This document shows positions 50,229 through 59,561 of a stretch of DNA of 64,000 bases, one piece after another. Positions within the stretch are counted from its first letter, which is position 1. The number at the start of each line of letters is the position of its first letter. The DNA is taken from contig JAMOQH010000172.1 of NCBI GenBank assembly GCA_027064085.1, positions 5,088 to 69,087 of the forward strand, in the 5' to 3' direction. The notes beneath the pieces are model-generated. The model ran no database searches, was not told where the DNA came from, and was given only the letters and a program-made list of their open reading frames with translations. The translations under genes were made by a program, and so were the position numbers. Source of the DNA: a bacterium. Its GTDB lineage: Bacteria; UBP6; JAFGXH01.

Positions 50229-50651
50229 ATGAAAAATACAAAAAAAGGATTTACATTAATTGAGATTATGATTGCTACTGCAATAATTGGGATACTCGCA
50301 GCAATAGCCGTTCCTGTTTATACGGGCTATACTGTTAAAGCTAAAATGTCTAAACTACAAGTACCCATGGAAGCAGTAAGTGGTTATTTAGATAGTTTAA
50401 TTGCAGAAGGTAAAAATATAAAAACTGATGTTACTAAAATACCTGCAACAATTAGTAAACCATTTTCTGGAACAGGTTTAACTATTAAGGATGACTCTAA
50501 TAAATACACTGTTGCTATCACTATGAACACAAAAAATACCTATACTATAGTTGGAACTATTTCTGATTATACAGGCTCATTAACATTAAAATGGGATGGA
50601 ACAAATTTAACTAAAACAAAATCAGGTGATAAGTTTAGTTGGGTTAAGTAG
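50229..50651 (+). CDS. pilA: Type IV pilin (PilA-like)
   Basis: Class III signal KKG|FTLIEIMIATAIIGILAAIAVPVY with E5 and P22. Confidence 0.8.
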   Translation: MKNTKKGFTLIEIMIATAIIGILAAIAVPVYTGYTVKAKMSKLQVPMEAVSGYLDSLIAEGKNIKTDVTKIPATISKPFSGTGLTIKDDSNKYTVAITMNTKNTYTIVGTISDYTGSLTLKWDGTNLTKTKSGDKFSWVK

Positions 50652-50654
50652 CTT

Positions 50655-52148
50655 TTAATATATAAAGTCTTCTGTTAAATTATTATTTTTTATTTTAATT
50701 AGTCCTAATTCATTCATATAATTTAAATAGGTCATTAAATCACTTTTAATATTTTTTGCTCTGACATGTTTAAAGTTTGCTCTTTTAATAAAAAATTCAA
50801 CTGCATCAATTGATTTATTAAATTCTCTATAAGAATAGCCTGCAACTTTTCTTGGATTTTTATTTGTATAGTCTATAGCTTTTTCAAGCTCTTCTAGAAA
50901 AACTTTTACATGTTCTGGATAATTTTTTACAATTTCGCTTTTAAATATAATTCCTGCATTTGGTAATTCTTTTAAATCATTATGATATTTTTTCCAAATA
51001 GAGCCGTAATCAAAAAGTTCTTTTACATTTGGGTTTCCAAATAAAGAAAATGATGCTTCAGGTTCTCTTAATAAAGCTGTTTCAATTTCTTCATGAATAA
51101 GAGCTTTTGATATGTCTTCAGGTCTACCAAAACCTTTTTTATCTTTAATGCCATACTCATAATTGAAATCTTCAGGGTTAATTCCAGACTTTTGCATTAA
51201 ATATGAAGTTATTGCATAAGGAGGAGCCGCTTTTAGTAAAGGTAAATTTATATTTGTTCCCTTTAAACCTTCAAAAGAATCTACATTATATTTATTTGAT
51301 AAAACTTTAAAATTATCCCAAACATCAACTGATACTAATTTTAAATCTGTTCCTGTTGCAAATAATTTAGAAGAAGCAATAATTGCAGAAAATGAAATAT
51401 CAGCCTTACCACTAACCATCCAACCTAAATGCTTTTCTGTTTCGTCCCATACTTTTATCTCTGTAAAATTAAAATATTCAGCAAGTTTTTTAGAGCGTTT
51501 CATTAATGAAAATATAGGTATTGCAATAGGTGTAGCTGCTTGTAATACAACATCTAGCCTTTTAACTGTACTGTTGGCATAAGGATTATCATCATGTTCA
51601 CATTTTTCAACTTGATTAAGTTTTACTTCAAGAATTTTAGATCTATGAAAAAAGACATGATATTCATCATCTTTCTCTTTTATAGTATAATATTCAAAGC
51701 CTCTTGCTTCAATAATAGGTAAGAGTGGTCTTGGCTCAAATGTTTGTATCAATTCAAAGCCATCTCCTTCTTTCAAAGTATCTGCTTTAGCCATAATTTC
51801 GTCAAATGGATCTTCTAAACTTTTTCTTACATCAAGTATTTCAAAGCTTTTACCAAGCATCCATTCTGGTAATTCTTTTGGTTTTTCCTCATTAACTTCT
51901 TCTGTTAAATTATCTAATTCAGATTTATATTCTCCTTCTCCAACTGTTGTATTTATAAATTGTAGTAGTTCATTAATATCTTCTTTAGCAACACGAGCGA
52001 CATCTTTGATTTTTGCCCATTTAGATACGACTTTAAATAAAACAGGGTTATTTAATCTTTTAAACCTTGAGTTTCTTTCAACAAGTTTCTCTCTTAGTTC
52101 TGGATATTTTTCTAAAAGACTTGCTATTTTATCATTTTTACTAATCAT
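50655..52148 (-). CDS. Fusion protein: DUF1858-like + DUF2249-like + SsuA/NMT1-like substrate-binding fold
   Basis: IASLLEKYPEL..FKRLNNP (DUF1858-like); LDVRKSLEDPF..IM..FEPRPL..RGF (DUF2249-like); ALLREPEAS, P.AGI (type II binding-protein fold); no signal peptide. Confidence 0.65.
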   Translation of the reverse strand: MISKNDKIASLLEKYPELREKLVERNSRFKRLNNPVLFKVVSKWAKIKDVARVAKEDINELLQFINTTVGEGEYKSELDNLTEEVNEEKPKELPEWMLGKSFEILDVRKSLEDPFDEIMAKADTLKEGDGFELIQTFEPRPLLPIIEARGFEYYTIKEKDDEYHVFFHRSKILEVKLNQVEKCEHDDNPYANSTVKRLDVVLQAATPIAIPIFSLMKRSKKLAEYFNFTEIKVWDETEKHLGWMVSGKADISFSAIIASSKLFATGTDLKLVSVDVWDNFKVLSNKYNVDSFEGLKGTNINLPLLKAAPPYAITSYLMQKSGINPEDFNYEYGIKDKKGFGRPEDISKALIHEEIETALLREPEASFSLFGNPNVKELFDYGSIWKKYHNDLKELPNAGIIFKSEIVKNYPEHVKVFLEELEKAIDYTNKNPRKVAGYSYREFNKSIDAVEFFIKRANFKHVRAKNIKSDLMTYLNYMNELGLIKIKNNNLTEDFIY

Positions 52149-52323
52149 TCTTCCTCCAAATAATAAATTCAATGAATAATGAAATCCATTTTCAATATTA
52201 TTATAGTTACTAAAAGTTAAATGTCAAGTAAATTTGTAGGGATTCCTTATTTTAACAGATTTCTTGACCTTTTAGTAAAAATAAATTAAACTTATAATAA
52301 CAGCGTTATCTTTGGAGGATATC

Positions 52324-53304
52324 ATGGGCGAAAGAAAAGTGTTAAGTTTAAGAAATCATAGCAAAAAACCAAGTGATGAAGCTACTCGTAAAAAAGAAAG
52401 ACTCTCTAACTTAAGATTATTTGCTTCTGCCTATGCCGAGGGATACTATATTATTCAAAATTTATTAGATCATATAATTGACTTTGGAGAAACAAGTTTA
52501 ATGGGACAAAAATATCTTCCCTCAAGAATGAAGGAATATAAAGGACAAAAGAAACTAGCTTTTTTGTATCATGGATACTTCCAAGGTACAGTTGGATATG
52601 AAAGACTAGAGAGAATCTTAGAGTCTGAATTATTTAATATTTTTGCAATCTCAGGTACTTATCAGCCATATAGTCAGGATATTAGAAAATCTGCAGAATA
52701 TGAAATGAGAGTTCTAGAATGGGTTTTGAATAATACTGATGTAGAGGAGGTCTATCTAATAGGGCATTCACAAGGAGGTCTTGTGGTTAGATATATGATT
52801 CAATTTTTAGGTGCAGATAAATATATTGATAAAGCTATATTTTTATCTACTCCTCATAGAGGTACAAGGTTAGCTTATGGTAGCAATATAAATAAATTTC
52901 CAATGAAAATTTTGAGTAGGATTTTACCGAATTTTCCGTCAATCGAGGGAGAAAGTGCAAAACAAATGAGGCCTAATAGTCAGTTTATAAGAAGATTGAA
53001 CTCTAAAAATTTACCGAAAGGTGTTGATTATACTTCAATTTATACATATATTGACCCCGTTGTTTGGCCTTCATCAAGTGCAAGGCTTCCATATAGAGAA
53101 GCAAATAATATTTTACTTAGAAAGATAGGGCATATGCAAACTTTATACGATTTTCAAGCAATTGAGTTAATATTAAAAACTGTTTTACTTGGTCAGCCGT
53201 TTAGTGATGCTTATAAAAAGGGTGCTCATAAATCTGGTGAATTATTTGAGAAAAGACATATTAATAGAGGTGGTTCAGAAATTAATGAATTTGTAACTTA
53301 CTAG
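52324..53304 (+). CDS. Alpha/beta-hydrolase, lipase/esterase (EstA-like)
   Basis: HGY oxyanion region, LIGHSQGG nucleophile elbow, STPHRGT, DPVV, IGH. Confidence 0.88.
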   Translation: MGERKVLSLRNHSKKPSDEATRKKERLSNLRLFASAYAEGYYIIQNLLDHIIDFGETSLMGQKYLPSRMKEYKGQKKLAFLYHGYFQGTVGYERLERILESELFNIFAISGTYQPYSQDIRKSAEYEMRVLEWVLNNTDVEEVYLIGHSQGGLVVRYMIQFLGADKYIDKAIFLSTPHRGTRLAYGSNINKFPMKILSRILPNFPSIEGESAKQMRPNSQFIRRLNSKNLPKGVDYTSIYTYIDPVVWPSSSARLPYREANNILLRKIGHMQTLYDFQAIELILKTVLLGQPFSDAYKKGAHKSGELFEKRHINRGGSEINEFVTY

Positions 53305-53326
53305 TGATAAATAGAAGAGGTTAAAT

Positions 53327-55609
53327 ATGAAAGAATTATTGGTTTTATTGGTTTTGCTTTGCTCAGTTTCTTTATTAGCAAAGGAAAAGACTGTTTTACT
53401 ATATGAATTAAATGATAGTAAAATTTCTAAATATGGGGATAAGATATTGACTCCATATACTTATGGGGTTAAACAAAAAAATACAGAAATTAAAAATTAT
53501 ATCGAAATATTTAAATTTTTAGCATTAAAAAAAGATAATCTTTATGGAAATACTGAAGTTGTTGATACTCCAGATACTCAAAAAAAATTATTAACAGATG
53601 GGGTAATTACTATAAAATTAAGTAAAAGAGCTATCAAGAATTTTTTAGAAGTCTCTTCCGAAGTTACATATTCTCTAACAGAGAATGGAGTAAAGGGGGT
53701 ACTATTTTTAAATGCCCCAATAAAGAAAGAGAAAGTATTTAAAAGATCAGATATTCCTTTCACATCATTTGTGCTTTTAATACCATATTTTAATGTATTG
53801 CCTCCAAATAATTTAACAACAGGTTTTATTAAACTTAACAATGGTAAAATATTACAAGCAGAAGATTTTTATAAAAAAATAAAAAAAGGTGATAAAAAAA
53901 TTAATAGAATGATTGTTGAACTAATAAAAAATGGGGAAAAAAAATTAAAAATAAATGCAATGAAAGCATTACCATACACTAAAATAAGAAATATTGAAAA
54001 GTTGCTTATTCCAAATTTAGATGATAAAGATAATGAAATTGTTCTTGCTGCTCTAGATGGATTAATTGGAGGCAAGAGTATAAAATTATTAAAGAAACTA
54101 GATGAATTATTAAAAAATAATGAAGATGATTTAATTAAGCTTAATTCTGCTAAAACTTTGATTGCATCAGGAAATAAAAAGTTTATTATATCTGGTTTGA
54201 AGTATTTTTTAAACTCTAATGATATTAGTGCTAAAAAAAATGCAATAAAATCAATATCAAAATATAAAAATAGTGAAGAAATTTTATTAATGATGTTAGA
54301 TGATAAAAGTACAACTATTAAATTAACTGTTTTAGAGTATTTAAAAACAGCCAAAATAAAACAATCTTTTGAAAAGTTTAAAACATTACTAAGCGATAAG
54401 TCTTCTAAAGTAAGGCTTCTTGCATCTAATATATTATTGACCAATAAGGATTACAAAAAGTTTGGTTTATATTATCAGCTTGAATCAAATTATGCTAAAC
54501 TTTCTCTACGAGCAGCGTTTGAACTTAAAAAATATAAAAATAAAGAAACCGTGAATAACTTAATTACATGTATTGACAAATGTGAATCTGATAAAGCTGC
54601 TTATGAAGCAGCAAAAACTTTGCTTAGCTTTAAAGAAAAAGCTGCTATAGTTCCATTTTTTAAAAGATTGGAAGAAACTCCTAATAAAGAAGCTAATCAG
54701 ATGATAGCTCCATTTTTAAAATTATTATCTAAAAAAGAATTATTGTTAAAGTTAAAAGAAAATAAAGTTAAAGTATTAAGTAAAGAAATTATTAAAAACC
54801 TTGGAATTACCAATAAAGCAACAAAAGATAATAAAGTTGTTAATGTTATCGCACCTTTTCTTGATTCAAAAGATAAAAACATAAAAATTGAAACAGTTAA
54901 AGCTCTTTCTCTTATTTCAGGAGATAAAGCTCTTGAGTTTGTGTTAAAAATATCTAAGGATGAATCAGAAGAAGTTAGAAATCAGATTTTATTAATGGCA
55001 AGCAATTATAAAAAAGAACAGATTAAATCCTTACTTTTAGAATATTTAAATGATACAAGTGATGATATTCGTATTAAAGCAATGGATTTAATTATTAAAT
55101 TTAACATAGAGGATGCTGTGCCACTATTAAAACAGTATACCTCTTCATCAATAAAAAAAGTTAAATTAAAAGCACTAGAAACTTTAATTTCTATTAGTAA
55201 TAAAATAAGTGGGGAAATGGAAGAACAATTTCAAACCTTATTAGATCAGGATGATGATGAAATTAGAGTCTGGGCAATTTATGGATTAGCTAAAACAGCT
55301 AAAAAACCTAATTTACCATTTATCACGCCTTATGGAAGTAGTGACTTGGCAAAAGTAAGGAGAGCTGTTATGTATGCCGTTGGAGTATTAGATGATGAAA
55401 ATAATAGTAAAATAGATATGGTTTATGGCGGGCTTGAAGATGATGATTTAAGTGTGAGATTAGAGGCTGCAAAAGCTCTTGAAAAAATTGGTCAAAAATC
55501 AGATTCTGAAAAAATAAAAAATATTATTCCTAAAATTAAAGGTAAAAAAGTTCAAGAAATTCTTCAAAGAGCTATTAATACCATAAAAAATAGAACATCA
55601 GAAGATTAA
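53327..55609 (+). CDS. Exported HEAT-repeat protein
   Basis: Signal peptide (SLLA); many L.D....VR..A..AL repeats. Confidence 0.8.
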   Translation: MKELLVLLVLLCSVSLLAKEKTVLLYELNDSKISKYGDKILTPYTYGVKQKNTEIKNYIEIFKFLALKKDNLYGNTEVVDTPDTQKKLLTDGVITIKLSKRAIKNFLEVSSEVTYSLTENGVKGVLFLNAPIKKEKVFKRSDIPFTSFVLLIPYFNVLPPNNLTTGFIKLNNGKILQAEDFYKKIKKGDKKINRMIVELIKNGEKKLKINAMKALPYTKIRNIEKLLIPNLDDKDNEIVLAALDGLIGGKSIKLLKKLDELLKNNEDDLIKLNSAKTLIASGNKKFIISGLKYFLNSNDISAKKNAIKSISKYKNSEEILLMMLDDKSTTIKLTVLEYLKTAKIKQSFEKFKTLLSDKSSKVRLLASNILLTNKDYKKFGLYYQLESNYAKLSLRAAFELKKYKNKETVNNLITCIDKCESDKAAYEAAKTLLSFKEKAAIVPFFKRLEETPNKEANQMIAPFLKLLSKKELLLKLKENKVKVLSKEIIKNLGITNKATKDNKVVNVIAPFLDSKDKNIKIETVKALSLISGDKALEFVLKISKDESEEVRNQILLMASNYKKEQIKSLLLEYLNDTSDDIRIKAMDLIIKFNIEDAVPLLKQYTSSSIKKVKLKALETLISISNKISGEMEEQFQTLLDQDDDEIRVWAIYGLAKTAKKPNLPFITPYGSSDLAKVRRAVMYAVGVLDDENNSKIDMVYGGLEDDDLSVRLEAAKALEKIGQKSDSEKIKNIIPKIKGKKVQEILQRAINTIKNRTSED

Positions 55610-55633
55610 TTTTAAAAATAAAATAAGATAAAC

Positions 55634-55662
55634 TTGAATTTTTTTAATAAACAACTTATAAT
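55634..55662 (+). promoter_or_regulatory. sigma70-type promoter
   Basis: TTGAAT-N17-TATAAT. Confidence 0.6.
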
Positions 55663-55687
55663 AGTAAGATATTTTTGTGGGGACTAT

Positions 55688-57850
55688 ATGAAACTATTTG
55701 CAAAAAGTATTTTAATCTTTTTAACTTTACTAGCGATATCTTGTAGTGAAGCTAAAACAGGTAATGAGATTACTTTAAAAATTACACCAACAAAGTTAAC
55801 TTTTAAAACCATTTCTGTTGGTGATACTGATGTTCAATATTTTAAATTAAAGAATATTGGAAATGGAGACTTAAAAATTACATCTATGAATATTACTAAA
55901 AATTCTGAGTTGTATAAAATTAAAAATGATATAAAATATCCAATAGTGATAAAAGCAGGGGACTCTTATGCTGAAGATATTGAAATTGAGTATACTGCCA
56001 AAGATATTGAAGGAAGCGTTTCGGGTAGACTAGAAGTTGCCTCTAATGATTCTAAAGATGCAATTAAAACGGTATATCTTACTGCAGAAAAGGCTAATCC
56101 AAATATAAAGGTTTCTGTAGAAACAATTATATTTAATAAGTTAGTAATAAATCAATCAGAAGAATTTGATTTAATTGTTTATAACACAGGTACATCTGCA
56201 TTAAAGTTTGAAAAATATGATAATGATGGGGTTTTAGTTGCTACTAATAAAGATGCTTTTGAATTTGGTAATGGTACAAGTAATTCATTTGAGCTGGTAG
56301 GATTAGATAATGTAAGAACTCTTGAGCCTGTTAAATTTGAAAATGGTAATGAAATTTTTGATTCCTTTACTATAAAAGTTAAATATACTGCAGAAGGTAC
56401 AGGTACAGAAACGGGAACATTAAAAATTTATAATAATTCTGTAAATTCTAATCCTCTAAAAATTATAAATATTATGGCAAGTTCTGAGTCATGTGATTTA
56501 GTATTACAGCCAAGAGATGGTTTTGTTGATTTTGGAGAAAGGCCACAAGGTTCTACAAACCGTTTTACTGTTTTACTCGCAAATAAAGGTGCTCATGATT
56601 GTGAATTAAAAAAAGTTGAAATAGATAGAGCAAATACTTCTTCTGAGTTTGATATTGAATTACCTGAAGATACAGAATTCCCTGTTATAATAGGGGCTTC
56701 TGAAAGATTTCAGTTTAAAGTAGTGTTTAAACCTACTGAAGATACTGGAACAGGTGGTGCAGTGGGCATGATTAATTTGGAAGCCAATGATGAAAGATGG
56801 AATGGTGGTAAAAAACAAATTACAATTTCAGGAAGAAGCAAAGAAGATAACTCTCCTGTTTGTATTTTAAAAGATTTATATGATGGAGAACCTTATTTTG
56901 AAGTTGAACCGGGTCAAAGAGAAGCCATTGAATGTGTTGGGGCTGCCGTTTGTTCAAATGTACAAATGATAAGTGAATCTTATGACCCTAATCCTGACAA
57001 TAGTGGTAAGTTAACTCATACTTGGAGAATGGTAGAAGCACCTGCTGCTTATAGTAATCCTGATTGGATTTCATTTCCAACTAACGATCCTAATAATGTG
57101 AGAAATTTAGATCATCACTATGTTGATGTTTATGTTCCTTTTGCGACACCTCCAGGAACCAAATATTTAGTTGAATTAACTGTAACAAGTGATGGTGGCT
57201 TATCTTCTAAATGTTATGGTGAAATTCATGGATTAACCGGGAACTCTCTTCATGTTGAAATGTTTTGGGATGTACCTTCTGATGTGGATTTACATGTTAT
57301 GAATCCAATAGATCAAAATTTAAATATTAATGATATTGATGTAGAATATCCAAGCCAAGATTCTGATCTTGAAAACTGGAGAGAAAGAACTAACATTGAA
57401 TGGTGGGATGAATCCGCATCTCATCAAGCTGATTGCCATTGGAGAAACTGTAAAGGAAACGGTATAGAGTGGGGTGCTCCAGGTAGAGCAGATAATCCTA
57501 GTTTAGATAGAGATGATATTCCAGGTACCGGCCCAGAAAATATTAATATTGCTAAGCCACAAGAAGGATGGTATAGGGTTTCTTCACATTATTATTCTGC
57601 AGATGATAATGGAACAGATGTTCATATAAGGGTTTATTGTAATGGAACAGTTGCATATCAAAATTCTGCATTTTTACAAGATACTAATTATACTTGGCTT
57701 GTAAATGATATTTATTGGGAAGATTTAGGAAATAATGATGGTCAGTGCTATATATTTAGTGATGGCCGTATATTTAATTCTCGTCAAGGAGAGGGGCAGC
57801 CTGGTTATAGAGGAACAGTAATTGAAGATATTGAACCTGATAACGAATAA
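55688..57850 (+). CDS. Lipoprotein with three ASH/choice-of-anchor-D-like Ig domains and a C-terminal YfaP/DUF2135-like domain
   Basis: Lipobox AISC; repeated F..V......N.G...L.I; LHVEMFWD..SDVDLH, PSLDRDD..GTGPENINI. Confidence 0.75.
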   Translation: MKLFAKSILIFLTLLAISCSEAKTGNEITLKITPTKLTFKTISVGDTDVQYFKLKNIGNGDLKITSMNITKNSELYKIKNDIKYPIVIKAGDSYAEDIEIEYTAKDIEGSVSGRLEVASNDSKDAIKTVYLTAEKANPNIKVSVETIIFNKLVINQSEEFDLIVYNTGTSALKFEKYDNDGVLVATNKDAFEFGNGTSNSFELVGLDNVRTLEPVKFENGNEIFDSFTIKVKYTAEGTGTETGTLKIYNNSVNSNPLKIINIMASSESCDLVLQPRDGFVDFGERPQGSTNRFTVLLANKGAHDCELKKVEIDRANTSSEFDIELPEDTEFPVIIGASERFQFKVVFKPTEDTGTGGAVGMINLEANDERWNGGKKQITISGRSKEDNSPVCILKDLYDGEPYFEVEPGQREAIECVGAAVCSNVQMISESYDPNPDNSGKLTHTWRMVEAPAAYSNPDWISFPTNDPNNVRNLDHHYVDVYVPFATPPGTKYLVELTVTSDGGLSSKCYGEIHGLTGNSLHVEMFWDVPSDVDLHVMNPIDQNLNINDIDVEYPSQDSDLENWRERTNIEWWDESASHQADCHWRNCKGNGIEWGAPGRADNPSLDRDDIPGTGPENINIAKPQEGWYRVSSHYYSADDNGTDVHIRVYCNGTVAYQNSAFLQDTNYTWLVNDIYWEDLGNNDGQCYIFSDGRIFNSRQGEGQPGYRGTVIEDIEPDNE

Positions 57851-58001
57851 TTCTATATAAATTTTTCTCCAACAATTATACCAAAGTTATAAAAAATATA
57901 ATTTATTTATTTAATATATTATAATTTTCTAGTATCCTAACTTGATAAAATATTATTTATAAGATATAGTTGAATATTGATTCTTTTCTTTTGGGGGTAT
58001 T

Positions 58002-59384
58002 ATGAAGTATTTTTTTCTACTTATACTTATTTTCTTTGTTTCATGTGCTGAAACTACTCAAAAAACAGGTACAGAACCTGGAGTATTAGGCGGTAAGTGT
58101 TTTACAAATAATACTTGTAATAGTGGATTAATTTGTGAAGATGATAAATGTATTGAAGATAAATGTATAAATAAACAATGTGGAGATGAATGGCTAGAAT
58201 GTAATCAAGAAACTGGTAATTGTGATAAATTAAAATCAGGATTTTGTGCAGTAAATACAGATTGTAATACAGAAGCCAATGAAGTTTGCAATTCAGAACA
58301 TCATTGTGAAATACCTAGAAGCGATTTATGTAAAAATATTGATTGTTCTAGTGATGTAAATTCAGAATGTAATTCTGAAACTGGTAATTGCGAATGTAAA
58401 AGTGAATTTCATAAAGGGGTAAGCGGTATTTGTCTTTATAATACAAAAGAAGTAAACTGTCAAAAGCCAAATATAGAAAATTCAGAATATACTGATGCAA
58501 CAGTTACTGTTGAATGGAATACAGATACACAATCATGGAATAATACACCTATATGCGAATGGAGTTGCTTGGATGGATTTTATAAAAAATCTTTAAGTAA
58601 TGGTGAGGCTAAGGAAAACTATACTTGTGAACCTTGTTCATGTAGCGAATGGCAAACATGCTCTGATGCAGGGGATTGTACTTTAACAGTAGGGCGTTGT
58701 TCAACTAATAGTGATTGTGAAACAGGAAAGGAGTGCGATACAAATCATAACTGTGTAAACCCAGCAAGTCCATGTGAAGGTATTGATTGTGGCGGTAATG
58801 GAACATGTGTTGTATCACAAAATAATCTTGCTTTTTGTGATTGTAATGATAATTACTATGATGATGGAGCATTACATTGTGTTAATCCATGTGAAGGCAA
58901 AACTTGTAGTGGTCATGGAACTTGTAGCTCTACAACAATTTTAAATGCTCATTGTGAATGTGATGATAATTATTTTGCAGATGGATTTAATTGTATCTCT
59001 CCATGCACAGGGCATTGGGACTGTACTACAGGAAATAATGTTAATATAGATGACGAAAGAGAAACGACTACTCCGCCTCCAGATGAACGCCCAAGAGGTG
59101 TTTGTACTGCAGAAACTGTTAATACTCCTATTTGTGATTGTATAACTAATTATGAAGACCCTGATAATGATTTGATTTGTACTCCTGTGGATCCTTGTAA
59201 TGGGGCTTGTAATACTTGGGAAACCTGTAATTCTGGAGTTTGTGAAGCAAAACCTGGAAGATGTAATAATATCGCTGATTGTGACAACAATTCATGCACA
59301 AGAAAAAACTCTTCTGTTTCTCCACCTCCAGAGTGTATATGTGATACAGATACTCATTATTGTGTACCATTTGATGCTCAATAA
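58002..59384 (+). CDS. Cys-rich EGF-like repeat lipoprotein
   Basis: Lipobox FVSC; PCEG..C.G.GTC....C.C...Y repeats. Confidence 0.85.
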   Translation: MKYFFLLILIFFVSCAETTQKTGTEPGVLGGKCFTNNTCNSGLICEDDKCIEDKCINKQCGDEWLECNQETGNCDKLKSGFCAVNTDCNTEANEVCNSEHHCEIPRSDLCKNIDCSSDVNSECNSETGNCECKSEFHKGVSGICLYNTKEVNCQKPNIENSEYTDATVTVEWNTDTQSWNNTPICEWSCLDGFYKKSLSNGEAKENYTCEPCSCSEWQTCSDAGDCTLTVGRCSTNSDCETGKECDTNHNCVNPASPCEGIDCGGNGTCVVSQNNLAFCDCNDNYYDDGALHCVNPCEGKTCSGHGTCSSTTILNAHCECDDNYFADGFNCISPCTGHWDCTTGNNVNIDDERETTTPPPDERPRGVCTAETVNTPICDCITNYEDPDNDLICTPVDPCNGACNTWETCNSGVCEAKPGRCNNIADCDNNSCTRKNSSVSPPPECICDTDTHYCVPFDAQ

Positions 59385-59424
59385 CATTGAATAATAATTA
59401 CAAATATAAAATTTTTTTATTGTG

Positions 59425-59483
59425 CAGTTTCAACCTTGTTTTACAAGTTTTACACTGAAAAATTAGCTTGTAATCTAATTTTT
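59425..59483 (-). repeat. Two-hairpin structured element, copy C
   Basis: Minus strand aaaaattag-A-ttacaa-G-ctaattttt then cagt-GTA-aa-A-cttgt-aaa-acaag-G-tt-GAA-actg. Confidence 0.7.
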
Positions 59484-59520
59484 ATATTAAATAAATAAAC
59501 ATTATTTTAAACAATATATA

Positions 59521-59534
59521 GCCACGATAGTGGC
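59521..59534. terminator. GC-rich hairpin between convergent genes, possible terminator
   Basis: gccac-gata-gtggc; no clear U-tract. Confidence 0.35.
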
Positions 59535-59561
59535 CAGATGGAGATAAAGAAAAAATAAAAA

